Source: Basidiobolus meristosporus CBS 931.73 (Eukaryota > Fungi > Basidiobolomycota). From it: 64,000 nucleotides of DNA. This document shows, piece by piece, positions 36,384 to 47,211 of the stretch. Both the position numbers and the translations under genes were made by a program. Numbering within the stretch: the stretch's first letter is position 1; the number at the start of each line of letters is the position of its first letter. The notes beneath the pieces were generated by a model. That model saw nothing but the letters and a program-made list of their open reading frames with translations, was not told the DNA's origin and searched no databases. Where the stretch lies: contig MCFE01000003.1 in assembly GCA_002104905.1 (NCBI GenBank), positions 1-64,000 on the forward strand, in the 5' to 3' direction.

Positions 36384-36697
36384 GGCTTTAGCCAGATGTA
36401 GAATGGTTAGAGTGGCATCCGAACAAAGAACAGCCACGACACTATATAAAGAAATATCAAGATTCCGTTGTTTGGTTGGAGAAATGAACTGATCTTAACG
36501 CATTAATGAAATTAAAGTCCCGAGGCTATGTCTATCTGGTGGTCAGAATGTACAGTGGTCAGGGGAGCTCCTACATTGTGCTTCGGTGGTGATCCATTCG
36601 TGGACCTCCCTAGGAGAATTCCTACGGAAGTATTCATCGGTGATTTAACACGACCCACCACGATGTATGATGATGTTTATTTGGTATATTTTCGAAC

Positions 36698-37657
36698 CTA
36701 TACTTTACACAGCTTGCTTTTCTTGTTCACATATTCCTTGCCAGTTATTACGGCTCCGTAGTTTGGTAGCTTTATGGGCATCGCCAGGTTCAGATCATTG
36801 GACTCCACCTTGTCTTTGAGGACCGACTGCAGGTCAGAGATCCTATCTGCAGATTGTGGCCATGTGTGGTCAGGATAGCAGCAAAGCATCTGACGCCTAA
36901 CCGACAGGAACTTCTCTAGATACTCAACCTCGGTCATATTCCCTCTTGGACCAGTTAATTTCATGATTTGAACGATGTTGATTTGATCCTCGTTCACTTG
37001 CCACCCGTGCTGAACAATGGTGTCATAAAAGACTGCTTTTCCGATGTTGGTCTCTAGGAGCACCTTTCCTGCAAACTTCATTGCTGGCGTAAAGTACATT
37101 TCGTCATTGACAGCATCCTGCGCGTGCCTGAACCTCGGATCTCTACATGCGGCTTGGATCCATACTTTATCAAACCCTTCAAGCCCTGTCGTATCGTTCC
37201 TCCGATTATCGCACAGGCTCAGTTGGTCCAGCTCCTGTAATCGCTTCGTGTATTTGGCGAAAGGTGAGTATGCTTCTTGACCACCAGTATACCTGTCTAT
37301 CACCGCCAACGCATCCCCAGTGCCGGTTGTGAATCCGACTCTTCCGCATGTGTACCCTCGCTTATCACCCAAGATTTCGCAGTTGGGATAACCAAATACG
37401 GGAGAACCATTTTCAAACACGTTCGTCAAGATCTGCGCCTTGAGCTTCCCTTCCTCCGAGATTTCTGCCGGCACCCAGCCTGCGAGATCGTAGAATCGCT
37501 CATTTGACTGGGTATCCTTACATTGGGTGGAGGTGAACGAGAATTTACTGCAGTTTTCTTTTGTGTTTGCATACTCCTTCTGACAGAACTTCTCGCCTCC
37601 TCTGACTGCTGGCATCAGTGCCACGACTAGTATTCCAAAGGGTATATTAAGGATCAT
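36698..37657 (-). CDS. GH46 chitosanase, secreted, intronless (copy 2)
   Basis: Signal MILNIPFGILVVALMPAVRG; TNVFENG...CEILGDKRGYTCGRVGFTTGTGDAL; DEMYFTPAMKF; YDTIVQHG. Tandem paralog of copy 1. Confidence 0.92.
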   Translation of the reverse strand: MILNIPFGILVVALMPAVRGGEKFCQKEYANTKENCSKFSFTSTQCKDTQSNERFYDLAGWVPAEISEEGKLKAQILTNVFENGSPVFGYPNCEILGDKRGYTCGRVGFTTGTGDALAVIDRYTGGQEAYSPFAKYTKRLQELDQLSLCDNRRNDTTGLEGFDKVWIQAACRDPRFRHAQDAVNDEMYFTPAMKFAGKVLLETNIGKAVFYDTIVQHGWQVNEDQINIVQIMKLTGPRGNMTEVEYLEKFLSVRRQMLCCYPDHTWPQSADRISDLQSVLKDKVESNDLNLAMPIKLPNYGAVITGKEYVNKKSKLCKV

Positions 37658-38012
37658 GGTTGGCTGGATGGTTTGGCACATCCACACCTCCCGTTTTATA
37701 TACCCGAGGCCTCAACTGCACTCCATGAAATGATCAACACATCACTACCCATTTTAGCCTACCGCCCCTCAAATTAGGGAAGATTTTAATTGGGCTTACT
37801 TCACATGAATTAAATGAAGTCATAAATTGGTTCGATCCGAAGGTGGAACCATCCCCAACTGGGGTGCCCACATGGACAAGAGAGCAGAGGGTAATTAAAC
37901 CCATCCATTGAGGCAAATAAGTTTAATGTGTAAAATAACAAACAATCTACAACAATCAGCGAGTAAAGAATAGGGATTCCCTTTGGTTGACAATCGTGGC
38001 ACAAACACCGAT

Positions 38013-38564
38013 TTACTTCAACAGGGCCATCTCCACAGCTGCAGTTCCCCAGTCCTCCCCGTGGTTATGCCCTTTGTCACCTCCCTTGCCCATACCTGCT
38101 CTTTGCAAGGCCTGCTCGTCGTTAAGACAGGTGAGGACTCCAAAGATAACCGGAACCCCGGTGTCGAGGCCAACTCGCATAAGTCCTTGGCTAACGGCCT
38201 CACAGATATACTCGAAGTGCATAGTGCTGCCCTTGATCAAGACTCCGATGCAAATAACAGCATCGAAAGGACGATCAGTATCCTCGGAGGGGCTGTCGTT
38301 GCCCAGAAGATCGTTGTTGGTGACGGACTGCACTTGGGAGTTACTGATGAGACGCTTGGCGGCAAATGGAAGTTCGTAGGAGCCGGACACTTCCTTGGTG
38401 ACAATGTTCTCTGGCTTGACGTTGTGTTTGGAAATCATGGTGGTGCGGGCGCCCTCGACCAGACCATCCACGATCTCCTTGTTCCAGCGGGCGTGAACAA
38501 TAAGCACACGAAGGTGGGAGCCGTCGTGACTCTGGGTTGAGGAAGCAACGCCTTTTTCGAACAT
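38013..38564 (-). CDS. RIB4: 6,7-dimethyl-8-ribityllumazine synthase
   Basis: [54 protein letters not shown]. Confidence 0.97.
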   Translation of the reverse strand: MFEKGVASSTQSHDGSHLRVLIVHARWNKEIVDGLVEGARTTMISKHNVKPENIVTKEVSGSYELPFAAKRLISNSQVQSVTNNDLLGNDSPSEDTDRPFDAVICIGVLIKGSTMHFEYICEAVSQGLMRVGLDTGVPVIFGVLTCLNDEQALQRAGMGKGGDKGHNHGEDWGTAAVEMALLK

Positions 38565-38855
38565 GATTGACAGAATAGATGGAGTAAAGGATACAAACGG
38601 GTGAGATCGATAGAATTTCTTGTCTATGGCGAAAAGTGCGTCATCACAGGCCCGGCTCGTTTCTGTTGATTGGTTGCGTCGATGCAGATGGCACTGGGGG
38701 ATTCAGAAAAATCGTTTGGCTGGATGGACAATTCGATAAATAATAATAATAATACAAATGATTTATTGGAACTGCAGTATGAACAATTAGAGGGGCATAA
38801 GAGAGTGTTCTAAGTGCTGTCGGTGGTGTATCAATGTGATGCTAACAGTGAGAAG

Positions 38856-41800
38856 TCACGGCTCGATCTCAGAGTTGTCTAGGTCTTCCAGCACGCGGCG
38901 ACGACGAGATCGCTTCGGAGTTTCGTTTCTGGGGGATGATCGGAGCACTCTGGTGCGTAATTTCTTCCCTTTGACTGAGCCTGTATCTTGTAGCACAACA
39001 CTCGGATTAATAAAAGCTCCCGGGCCTGTTCCAGAAATGCAACTAACCTGTATTGTTCGTCTCCTCCGATCCCGCCCTGTCGCTGTTCCTACGTGTTGAC
39101 GTCTCGGAGACCACACTCGCACTTTCCTCATGGAGGTCACTGGAAATCTGGGAGAGCTCCTCGAACTTGGTATCAAACGCCTCCTGCATTTTGTCGGCAT
39201 CTATATACACCCACGAGCCTTCCTCGTTAAAGGTCCGAGCGTTGCTGAACATCAAGTGGAAATCATCGCGGAATTGGTTGAGATCCCGATAATGATTAGC
39301 CTTCATACGTTTGCGTATGATGTCCATGGCAATCGGCTGCTTGATCATGGTGTAGTACTGAGGATACATCTTCTTGCTGGGTAGCTCCAAAAACAGGAGG
39401 CAGCGTTGGCGATTGCTTCAAGAGAAGGGTTAGTGTGTGCTGGCGGTAGGCGGGACTATGTTGCACCTACTCTTCTTCAGGATCAACACAGTTCTCCACA
39501 ACGGCATACAATTCTTGCAGCAGACTGCCCAACGTAGGTTTGACTTGGGACGAGGCGTCAGACTCAACCTCCTCTTTCTCTTTAACGGTTTTACGCCTCT
39601 TCCGGGCGGGCGCCTACAAAAGCACTCAGCAGTTGCGCTTTGAAAACAGAAATTGAGGGCATTTACCGAAGTCGGGGTCTCCGCCATTTTCTTTTTCGAC
39701 CTGCCTCGCCTAGGTGTCTCGTTGCTACTGGTCTCATCGACGTCTTCCTTCTGTGCTCCGCGCTTGGAAGACCTTGGCTCCGAAGCCTCACGCTCCTTTA
39801 ATTTCTTCCGTTCCTCGTGGCGCTTTCGTCTTTCCTTTTTCTTCGCGATCACATCGTCGATATCTACATCATCATTCTCAATAGCCTGGCAACTGTCAGT
39901 TAGTGATGGGAGAATTCAAACTACACCTATGATTCACATACATCAAGCCATTGCTCCTCCGTAAGGCCATCGTCGTAGTGGATTTCTCCTTTCGTGCGTT
40001 GGCCACGGCCCCGATTCTCTCCGTCCTCCTGTTGCTTGCGAAGATCCTCCTCATGATCTCGCATGTAAATGTCCGGCAACTCGTGGTCTTGAATGAGCCG
40101 TTCCGGCTTCTTTCCACGCCCACCGGAAAGTTTCCAGGCCTTCTCAGCCTCCAGCTCTCGCTCTTGGTCAATCCGCTTGAAAATGCTAAACTCCTCGCTG
40201 TTCCGAGCAATGATCTCATTCAAATCGTCGTCGTTCAGCTCCTCGTCCATATCACTTTCATTAGAGTTGTCTACCTCAAGCAGGCTTCGCAGGAATGCCT
40301 CACGCTCCTCGGCGGTACTCTTGTTGTCAAATTTACCTGCCTGGATGACTTTCCCGTCCATGTCCAGCTTGTATTGAGCTCTGGCGAGGATGGTCTCCTC
40401 AATGGAGTTCTCGGATATCAGCCGAAGAATTCTGACCTCCTTGGTTTGACCAATACGATGGGCACGATCCTGCGCTTGCAGATCTTGGTGTGGGTTCCAG
40501 TCAGAATCGAAAATGATCACCGTGTCGGCAGTTTGAAGATTCAGACCGAGTCCACCAGCTCTAGTACTCAAGAGGAAAACCTGATACGGGGAATCAGGTG
40601 CATTGAATTGCTTCAGCAACTGTGAACGATCATCCGACTTTACGGTACCATCCAATCGAAGGTAGCTGACACCTCGGAAGGCAAGGAAATCCTCCATGAT
40701 GCTCATGATTGTGGTCATTTGGAAGAACATGAGTATTCTATGCCCGGTTGCGATAAACTTCGGAATCACCCTATCCAGCAGCTCAAATTTGCCTGACACA
40801 CGGTACAAAAATTCGTCGTTCGTGCGAGATGGGTTGATCGCACGTTCCACCTCTTCAAAGACAAACGGATGATTGCAAATCTTCCTGAGCTGCATGATTG
40901 TATTGTTGAGTCCGCGGATTCCGGTGGTGCTGTTGGAGCCTCTATTAGTATCCCATTGAACATCTCAAACCACCTGGGCCACTTACCCTTTCTCATCATC
41001 GCTCGTGAACAGCATTCCGTGCTTGCGCATTTGATTGTAAAGTTTGATCTGCAGGGCCGAGAGTTTGCATTTTATCACCTTCTCCACCTTATCGGGGAGC
41101 TCGGACTCGACATCCTTCTTCAGACGTCTCAGCAAGAACGGCCGTAATACCTGCATGAGCATTAGATTAGCGCTGGAGATGCTGCAGGTTCAAGACTGGA
41201 GTCGTCCTAGTACCTTATGCAAACGTCTGATAATCAAGAGAGCCTCTTCTTCGTTCAGCTCGATCTTGTCTTGACCTCCGGCATTAGCAAAGGGTGTATT
41301 GAACCATTCATCAAAACTCTTGACCGAATTGAAGATCTTCGGTAGCACAAAGTTCAACAAAGCCCACAGCTCTGGAAGGTTATTCTAGAAAGCACGATCA
41401 ATGCCGGAACAATCATGGTTGTGGAGCTTTAGCACAAACTCACCTGAAGCGGTGTGCCGGTAAGGATCAATCGATATCTTGTGGAATAGAATTGGGTCAA
41501 TGTGAATGTCAATTTGGATTTGACGTTCTTCATACGATGGCCCTCATCGATTATCGTATGCACCCATTTGATTTTGCCAAGGATGTGCTTGTCTTTGATG
41601 ATATACTCAAAGGTTGTCAACAACACTTGGAAGTTCCCATGCCGGATTTGCATCTGCTGGATCTCACGGCGCTCATTCGGTGGTCCTTTGTAGACAACCT
41701 TGACGACTGATGGTGCCCATTTCTCGAATTCAAGAGTCCAGTTGGTCAAGGTGCTGATTTGGGGGCAACCAGAATTAGCCGAGGAAGACTTGGGACGAAC

Positions 41801-43837
41801 TCGAAGGTACTTACGAGAGGGGCACAATCACCAAAAATGGCCCGTTTTGGTGTTTCTTCTCGATCAAATAGGTAATCAGAGAAATCGTTTGGATGGTCTT
41901 ACCGAGACCCATTTCATCGGCAAGAATCCCATTCAAACGGTTGTTGTACAGAGACACCATCCACTGAAGTCCCTTGATCTATAAAGCCCTCTAATAAGTT
42001 TACAATCACAGGGCAGAATATGGAGCTGTGCATCAAGTTACCTGGTACTCCTTCAGCTTACCACCAACAAGAATGGAGGGCTGCTCCACCTCTTCGTGAA
42101 TTTTGTGAGCAATGGCGAAGTAGTCGATTTTCGATACCTTTGAGCGATGAGGTTAGAAATGCGCCTGTGCTTGAATTGGAGCAAACCATCTTACATCCGT
42201 TTCTTCGTCGCTGATTTGATCCATCAACTCCTCGCCTCCACGTGTCAACGGGTCGTAATGTAACGTATCTGATTGTTGAACCTGGACGGCCATAGCCAAA
42301 TCTTTCAAATACGAATCGGTCTGCTTCAACAAGTGTGTGATACGAGTATCCTTAGTCTGGTCAATGAGCTTCAAGTACGCCTCCTCGTCATCAGCCTATC
42401 AACAAGATAGCGTTAATAAATCGCACATCGTCTGCGCAAACGGGTATCAGACTTTACCTTCAAAGCCTTCAAACGCTCTTTGGAAACCCTCTCAACTCGC
42501 TTCTGCTCCTCACGCTCAACATACGAGTGATATTGCAAAACTGCTTTTCCCAAACGGCTCTGCTTCGCTTGCTGGGTGCGATGCCATTGTAGCAACTCGC
42601 GACCATGAGAAACGATATTCTGCAGGCGACTGTAGTGCTTTTGTTTCTCCCGCCGCTCACGGTCAGCCCTCTGTTGAAATTCCAATTTCTCCATGACTTT
42701 GGCTTCACGAAACACTTGTCTCTTGTTACGCTTGAACAAGGACCTATCAGCGGATGTGGCTAGCGTGGTGGATTTGTTCATTCCATTAAATATATCCATT
42801 CGTAGCTACACGGCGAATCTACTTGAGTACAGTTGCATGCGGGAACAAAGCCAAATGGGTGATAGATACCTTCTTTTGCCTCTCCAGTAAACGCAATGCC
42901 TTCAGCTCGATCAAGGCCTTTATTTTCGAATTCGTGTTGGTCCCATGTAGGCTGGAACTTTCCAGCAGGTCGCTTCGCAATCGCCCTAGAGACTCGTTCG
43001 AAAGATCACTCGGTAGGTTTTCAAGCTCATTAATTCTATATTGTATGCGCGCTCTAATTTTCTCCTGGCGATTTCGCATGGTAGAGAATGGTTCTATGGA
43101 ATTTAAAACTTTTTCTTGATTTTCGGGGGGCTGGTTTTCGGCCTCGGTCGCTTCCTCCTGCCCTTTACTTTCCCCGGACTTCACATTGCCAGCGCCGACG
43201 GACAAGGCTTTCCGTAGATTCTCTGGGAGCGGCAGGTTTTTCGACAGCAACTTGTAAGCGTAGATTTGGTACTTCAAGGCTGTCAACTGATCTTCCGAAA
43301 ATACGGGAGGTGTCTTGGGAAGATTTGTGGGGACAACTGGCTGTGCCGCAGGTGGCTGCGTATTCGTGGCTATCTGTTGTGCGCTCATCGCGTTTCCACC
43401 GGTTGGCTCCACTGAAACTAGGCCATTCGCTGCTGAAATAAAGAAACACGTTTCTGTTAGCGAAAGTTATGAATTGAAGCTGAATTCCAAGAGACAGACT
43501 TTGAGAGGTCGGTGGTTGAGCAAGAGAGCCCTGTTGTGCCCCCATCGCAGCAGATGTCTGTCCAACCATTGCTTTCCCACTATTCTGCTGAATCTGGGCA
43601 GAGTGCATCCTTAGTATTTGCATCAAACGAGCATATTCAGGGCTTGTTTTTTCGTTCTCCCCTTTCTCCTTCAAAATCTTGATCCTCTACAACGGATGGT
43701 TGGGAACAGTCAGAGAGACCATCTGGCCGAGATTGCAAATAACTATTTACCGTGATTATAGCCCGCAGCTTTTCTGAAGCTTGCGCAGATCGCTCCGGCA
43801 ATTTCTGTGGTACATTTGGTTGACTTGTCGGATTCAT
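38856..43837 (-). CDS. STH1/SNF2: SWI/SNF-RSC chromatin-remodelling ATPase (Sth1/Snf2/Snf21), multi-exon
   Basis: QLQ ([15 protein letters not shown]), [71 protein letters not shown], SnAC, and a bromodomain ([11 protein letters not shown]...[15 protein letters not shown]). Confidence 0.95.
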
Positions 43838-44230
43838 TGAGCTTGAAAATGTAAATTCAAAAGAAAGCCAATAAATCCAACATCCAAGGTAGTCCACAAT
43901 GTTAGTAAAAATAAAAATTCCGGTCTTCTCGCGAGTAATTTACGCGAATTCCCAGTCGCGATCCTTAGGAAATTGAATAAATTGTTGATTGTATTCCAGA
44001 TGATTGTAAACAAATCCTTGGAGAATTTAGGCTGATTGCACTTATTTGGATCGCTTCACCAGCAGTAGATCGCCAATTGCCATGAAATATAATAACCCTG
44101 ATCATTCACTGAAGATTTACATAATTAACCAAGTGACAATTTATTTCCAAAGATTACGGTTTTTGGTTAAAATAAGGCACACATTTCCAATCTTTGGACT
44201 GGCGGAAATCCCAGTAAATATTTGCTCGTT

Positions 44231-45436
44231 TTAGTATTGACGACCAAAACGACGGTTAAGAGGATATTCTTCATCCTCATCGTATCTGACATCAGATCTG
44301 CGATTGCGTGGATATTCTTGATTATCTTCATATTGGCGACCGAATCCACGACCGTAGCGGCGGTTTCTGGGATACTCGTCATCCTCATATTGGCGACCGA
44401 ATCCGCGACCGTAGCGATGACTACGCGAGTATTCTTCATTGTCTTCATATTGACGGCCTAATCCACGACCGTAGCGGCGGTTTCTGGGATACTCGTCGTC
44501 CTCATATTGGCGACCGAATCCGCGACCGTAGCGACGGTTGCGTGGGAATTCCTCATCATTTTCGTATTGACGGTCATATCCACGACCGTAGCGGCGGCCA
44601 TGTGGATATTCCTCGTCATAATCGAACTGGCCAGAGCCACGGCCATAGCGGCGATTTCTGGGGAAATCCTCGTCATCTTCATATTGACGGCCGGATCCAC
44701 GGTTTCTGGGATACTCATAATCATCCTCATATTGGCGACCAGATCCACGACCATACCGGCGATTGCGTGGGTATTCTTCATCATCCTCATACTGGCGACC
44801 AGATCCACGACCATAACGGCGGTTTCTTGGATATTCTTCGTTATCCTCATACTGGCGTCCGGATCCACGTCCATAGCGGTTACGTGGGTACTCCTCATCA
44901 TCTTCATACTGGCGACCAGATCCACGGCCATAACGGCGGTTTCTTGGATACTCCTTATCATCCTCATACTGGCGTCCGGTTCCACGACCATAGCGACGGT
45001 TTCTTGGATATTCTTCGTCATCCTCATACTGGCGTCCGGATCCACGGCCATAGCGACGGTTTCTTGGATACTCCTTATCATCCTCATACTGGCGTCCGGA
45101 TCCACGACCATAGCGACGGTTTCTTGGATATTCTTCGTCGTCCTCATATTGGTATCCAGAACCGCGGCCGTAGCGGCGGTTACGAGGGTACTCCTCATCG
45201 TCTTCATAACGGTGACCCGCTCCACGGCCATAACGGCGGTTTCTAGGATACTCTTCATCATCCTCATATTGGTGACCAGATCCACGACCATAGCGGCGAT
45301 TATGCGGATACTCAAAGTCATCGTCGAATTGACCGCGGTGAGAGCGACGGCTCGACTTGTGGCCTTTGTTTAATTCTTGCTCATGCTTTTTTCCATAATG
45401 GTGATGGCCAGGGTGGGAATGCTTGGAGAGGGTCAT
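44231..45436 (-). CDS. Intrinsically disordered tandem-repeat protein (401 aa), His-rich leader plus about 19 x 20-aa repeats
   Basis: Uninterrupted ORF from ATG 45436, about 65 nt after a TATATAA box. Consensus repeat YEDDEEYPRNRRYGRGSGRQ. All indels between repeats are multiples of 3. Confidence 0.8.
   Translation of the reverse strand: MTLSKHSHPGHHHYGKKHEQELNKGHKSSRRSHRGQFDDDFEYPHNRRYGRGSGHQYEDDEEYPRNRRYGRGAGHRYEDDEEYPRNRRYGRGSGYQYEDDEEYPRNRRYGRGSGRQYEDDKEYPRNRRYGRGSGRQYEDDEEYPRNRRYGRGTGRQYEDDKEYPRNRRYGRGSGRQYEDDEEYPRNRYGRGSGRQYEDNEEYPRNRRYGRGSGRQYEDDEEYPRNRRYGRGSGRQYEDDYEYPRNRGSGRQYEDDEDFPRNRRYGRGSGQFDYDEEYPHGRRYGRGYDRQYENDEEFPRNRRYGRGFGRQYEDDEYPRNRRYGRGLGRQYEDNEEYSRSHRYGRGFGRQYEDDEYPRNRRYGRGFGRQYEDNQEYPRNRRSDVRYDEDEEYPLNRRFGRQY
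44234..45328 (-). repeat. 60-bp coding tandem repeat, about 19 units
   Basis: Plus-strand unit is approximately ctggcgtccggatccacgaccatagcgacggtttcttggatattcttcgtcatcctcata. Central units are most homogeneous. Confidence 0.95.
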
Positions 45437-46131
45437 GGCTGATGAAAAGAATTGGCAAGAAGCACAATGCTGTACGGTATACAAATCGGAAGGTGGTGAT
45501 TATATACCAAAGCACCTGCATCCTCAGAAGTCGCCATGTCTAAGCCACCATCAAGGCGAGTATAATATTTCGTAATCCAATGGCAAAATTTCAAATATGA
45601 ATTAGTGGGCTTTGCTACTGTACTAAGCCACTGACTGCAAATTTATGATAATTTCTACCCCTTAATTTCTGTGATATTGTGGATTTTTTATGCGCGACGC
45701 AATACCAACGTTACTTGAAGATATTGCGAGGTAGAGCAATTGAAGTGTTGGGTGGATTTTCTGACAATGCAGACAACCTTATAAAATATCTGTCGACTCG
45801 GTCGAGTGAAAGAATTATCGACAAAGCACATGAATGCTGACCATATGATATGGAACAATCGCTGCACATATTGTTCTCCCAACAGTGAGTCTAGTCGTCA
45901 AGTTTTGCAAGTGTTTCAACTGAAATATTTTTGCGTTGCTCAATGGCTACTAATAGGTAGAAGTGGAATAAAGGCGAAACTAGCTTGCTATTGTCTTGAA
46001 TCTCCCAAGAGAAAGGCTCATACTTCCAATTCCTGCAAAAATCGATCTGCTACGTGAATCCACACAAATTTAGACATCATTTAAACGCAAGTATGTTTTT
46101 GTCACAACCAAACCAACAGGACTAATCAAAC

Positions 46132-46164
46132 GTGATGAGATGACGATTAAAATAAAATTTTTCG
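46132..46164 (+). promoter_or_regulatory. PAC-like (GTGATGAGATGA) plus RRPE-like (AAAATTTTTCG) motif pair upstream of RPS15
   Basis: Each is about one mismatch from the yeast PAC (GCGATGAGATGA) and RRPE (AAAATTTTTCA) consensus. They lie 10 bp apart, about 150-185 bp before the RPS15 ATG. Confidence 0.4.
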
Positions 46165-46316
46165 ATTTCTTAGGATCAGTTACCCCTGTGTATTTGATTG
46201 GTAGGCTTTGGAATGCCTGGCAACCTCAAAACCGATGGAGCTGCAAGCTGTTTCGTTCTCTTTCCGTGTGGAGAATTCCCTCGTCCTTTGGATTTCATCT
46301 GCAGAAATAACACAAT

Positions 46317-46927
46317 ATGGTAAGTGGAGTTGCCGCAAATCCATTGTTCGATATATTATAATTACACGTTGCGCGAGTGTTCACCCAAAGTCAGCACTGT
46401 TGTTTCATTCCAATTTTTTGCGTGATCCATCCATCCAAGTTCCCCATTACAACGAACTGAATCTCACAGTATGCTAATCTATGGAATTTCAGGCCGACGT
46501 TGAAATCAAGAAGAAGAGAACCTTCCGTAAGTACTCTTACCGTGGAGTTGACCTTGATCAACTTTTGGACTTGTCCAGTGAACAATTCATGGAATTGGTC
46601 CACTGTCGTGCCCGCAGAAAGTTCAACCGCGGTCTCAAGCGCAAGCCCATGGGTCTCATCAAGAAGTTGAGAAAGGCCAAGAAGGAGGCTGCCCCCAACG
46701 AGAAGCCCGAAACTGTCAAGACTCACCTTCGTAACATGATCATCGTCCCCGAAATGATCGGTTCCGTCGTTGGTGTCTACAACGGTAAGACCTTCAACCA
46801 AGTTGAAATCAAGCCTGAAATGATCGGTCACTACCTCGGTGAATTCTCCATCACCTACAAGCCCGTCAAGCACGGTCGTCCCGGTATTGGTGCTACCAAC
46901 TCCTCCCGTTTCGTCCCTCTCAAATAA
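46317..46927 (+). CDS. RPS15: 40S ribosomal protein S15 (uS19); exon 1 is the ATG only, intron 46320-46492
   Basis: ATG|GTAAGT...TTTCAG|GCC GAC; [20 protein letters not shown]...[16 protein letters not shown]...[18 protein letters not shown]. Confidence 0.97.
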
Positions 46928-47211
46928 GCTTTCTGTTTCCGTGTTGTTCAGATTGTATACGAGGTCTCGATGCATCTAAGCCAATAAATACTCTCGTTGG
47001 ATGCGCACATAGCAAGTCTTATATGTCCTTTTATTCGAACTGATGTAGAATCAGGAGGGATCCTGAACATTAAAGTGATGAAAAATATACCGGCCAGGAA
47101 TTAGTCAAAGCATTCATTGACGACTTCTAAAATTATTCCAACTCCTTAAATATATATACGTATGCCGTAAACCAAAGGATATATAATGAATGGGTGTAGC
47201 ATGAATGCTGC

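Noticed and set aside
37780-37860. ggttcgatcc T-loop-like motif suggesting a tRNA
   Set aside because: No acceptor, D or anticodon stems can be folded around it. I found no tRNA, rRNA or snRNA in the window.
44234-45328. 60-bp array as a CRISPR array, and the alternative-frame ORFs across it
   Set aside because: There are no unique spacers, the context is eukaryotic and there are no cas genes. The extra ORFs arise because the repeat lacks stops in several frames; only the minus-strand frame has an ATG, TATA box and leader.
27780-46975. Long antisense ORFs (27780-28670, 34274-35071, 37983-38540, 39951-40625, 46391-46975 and others)
   Set aside because: They are mirror frames of well-supported genes on the opposite strand, caused by codon bias.
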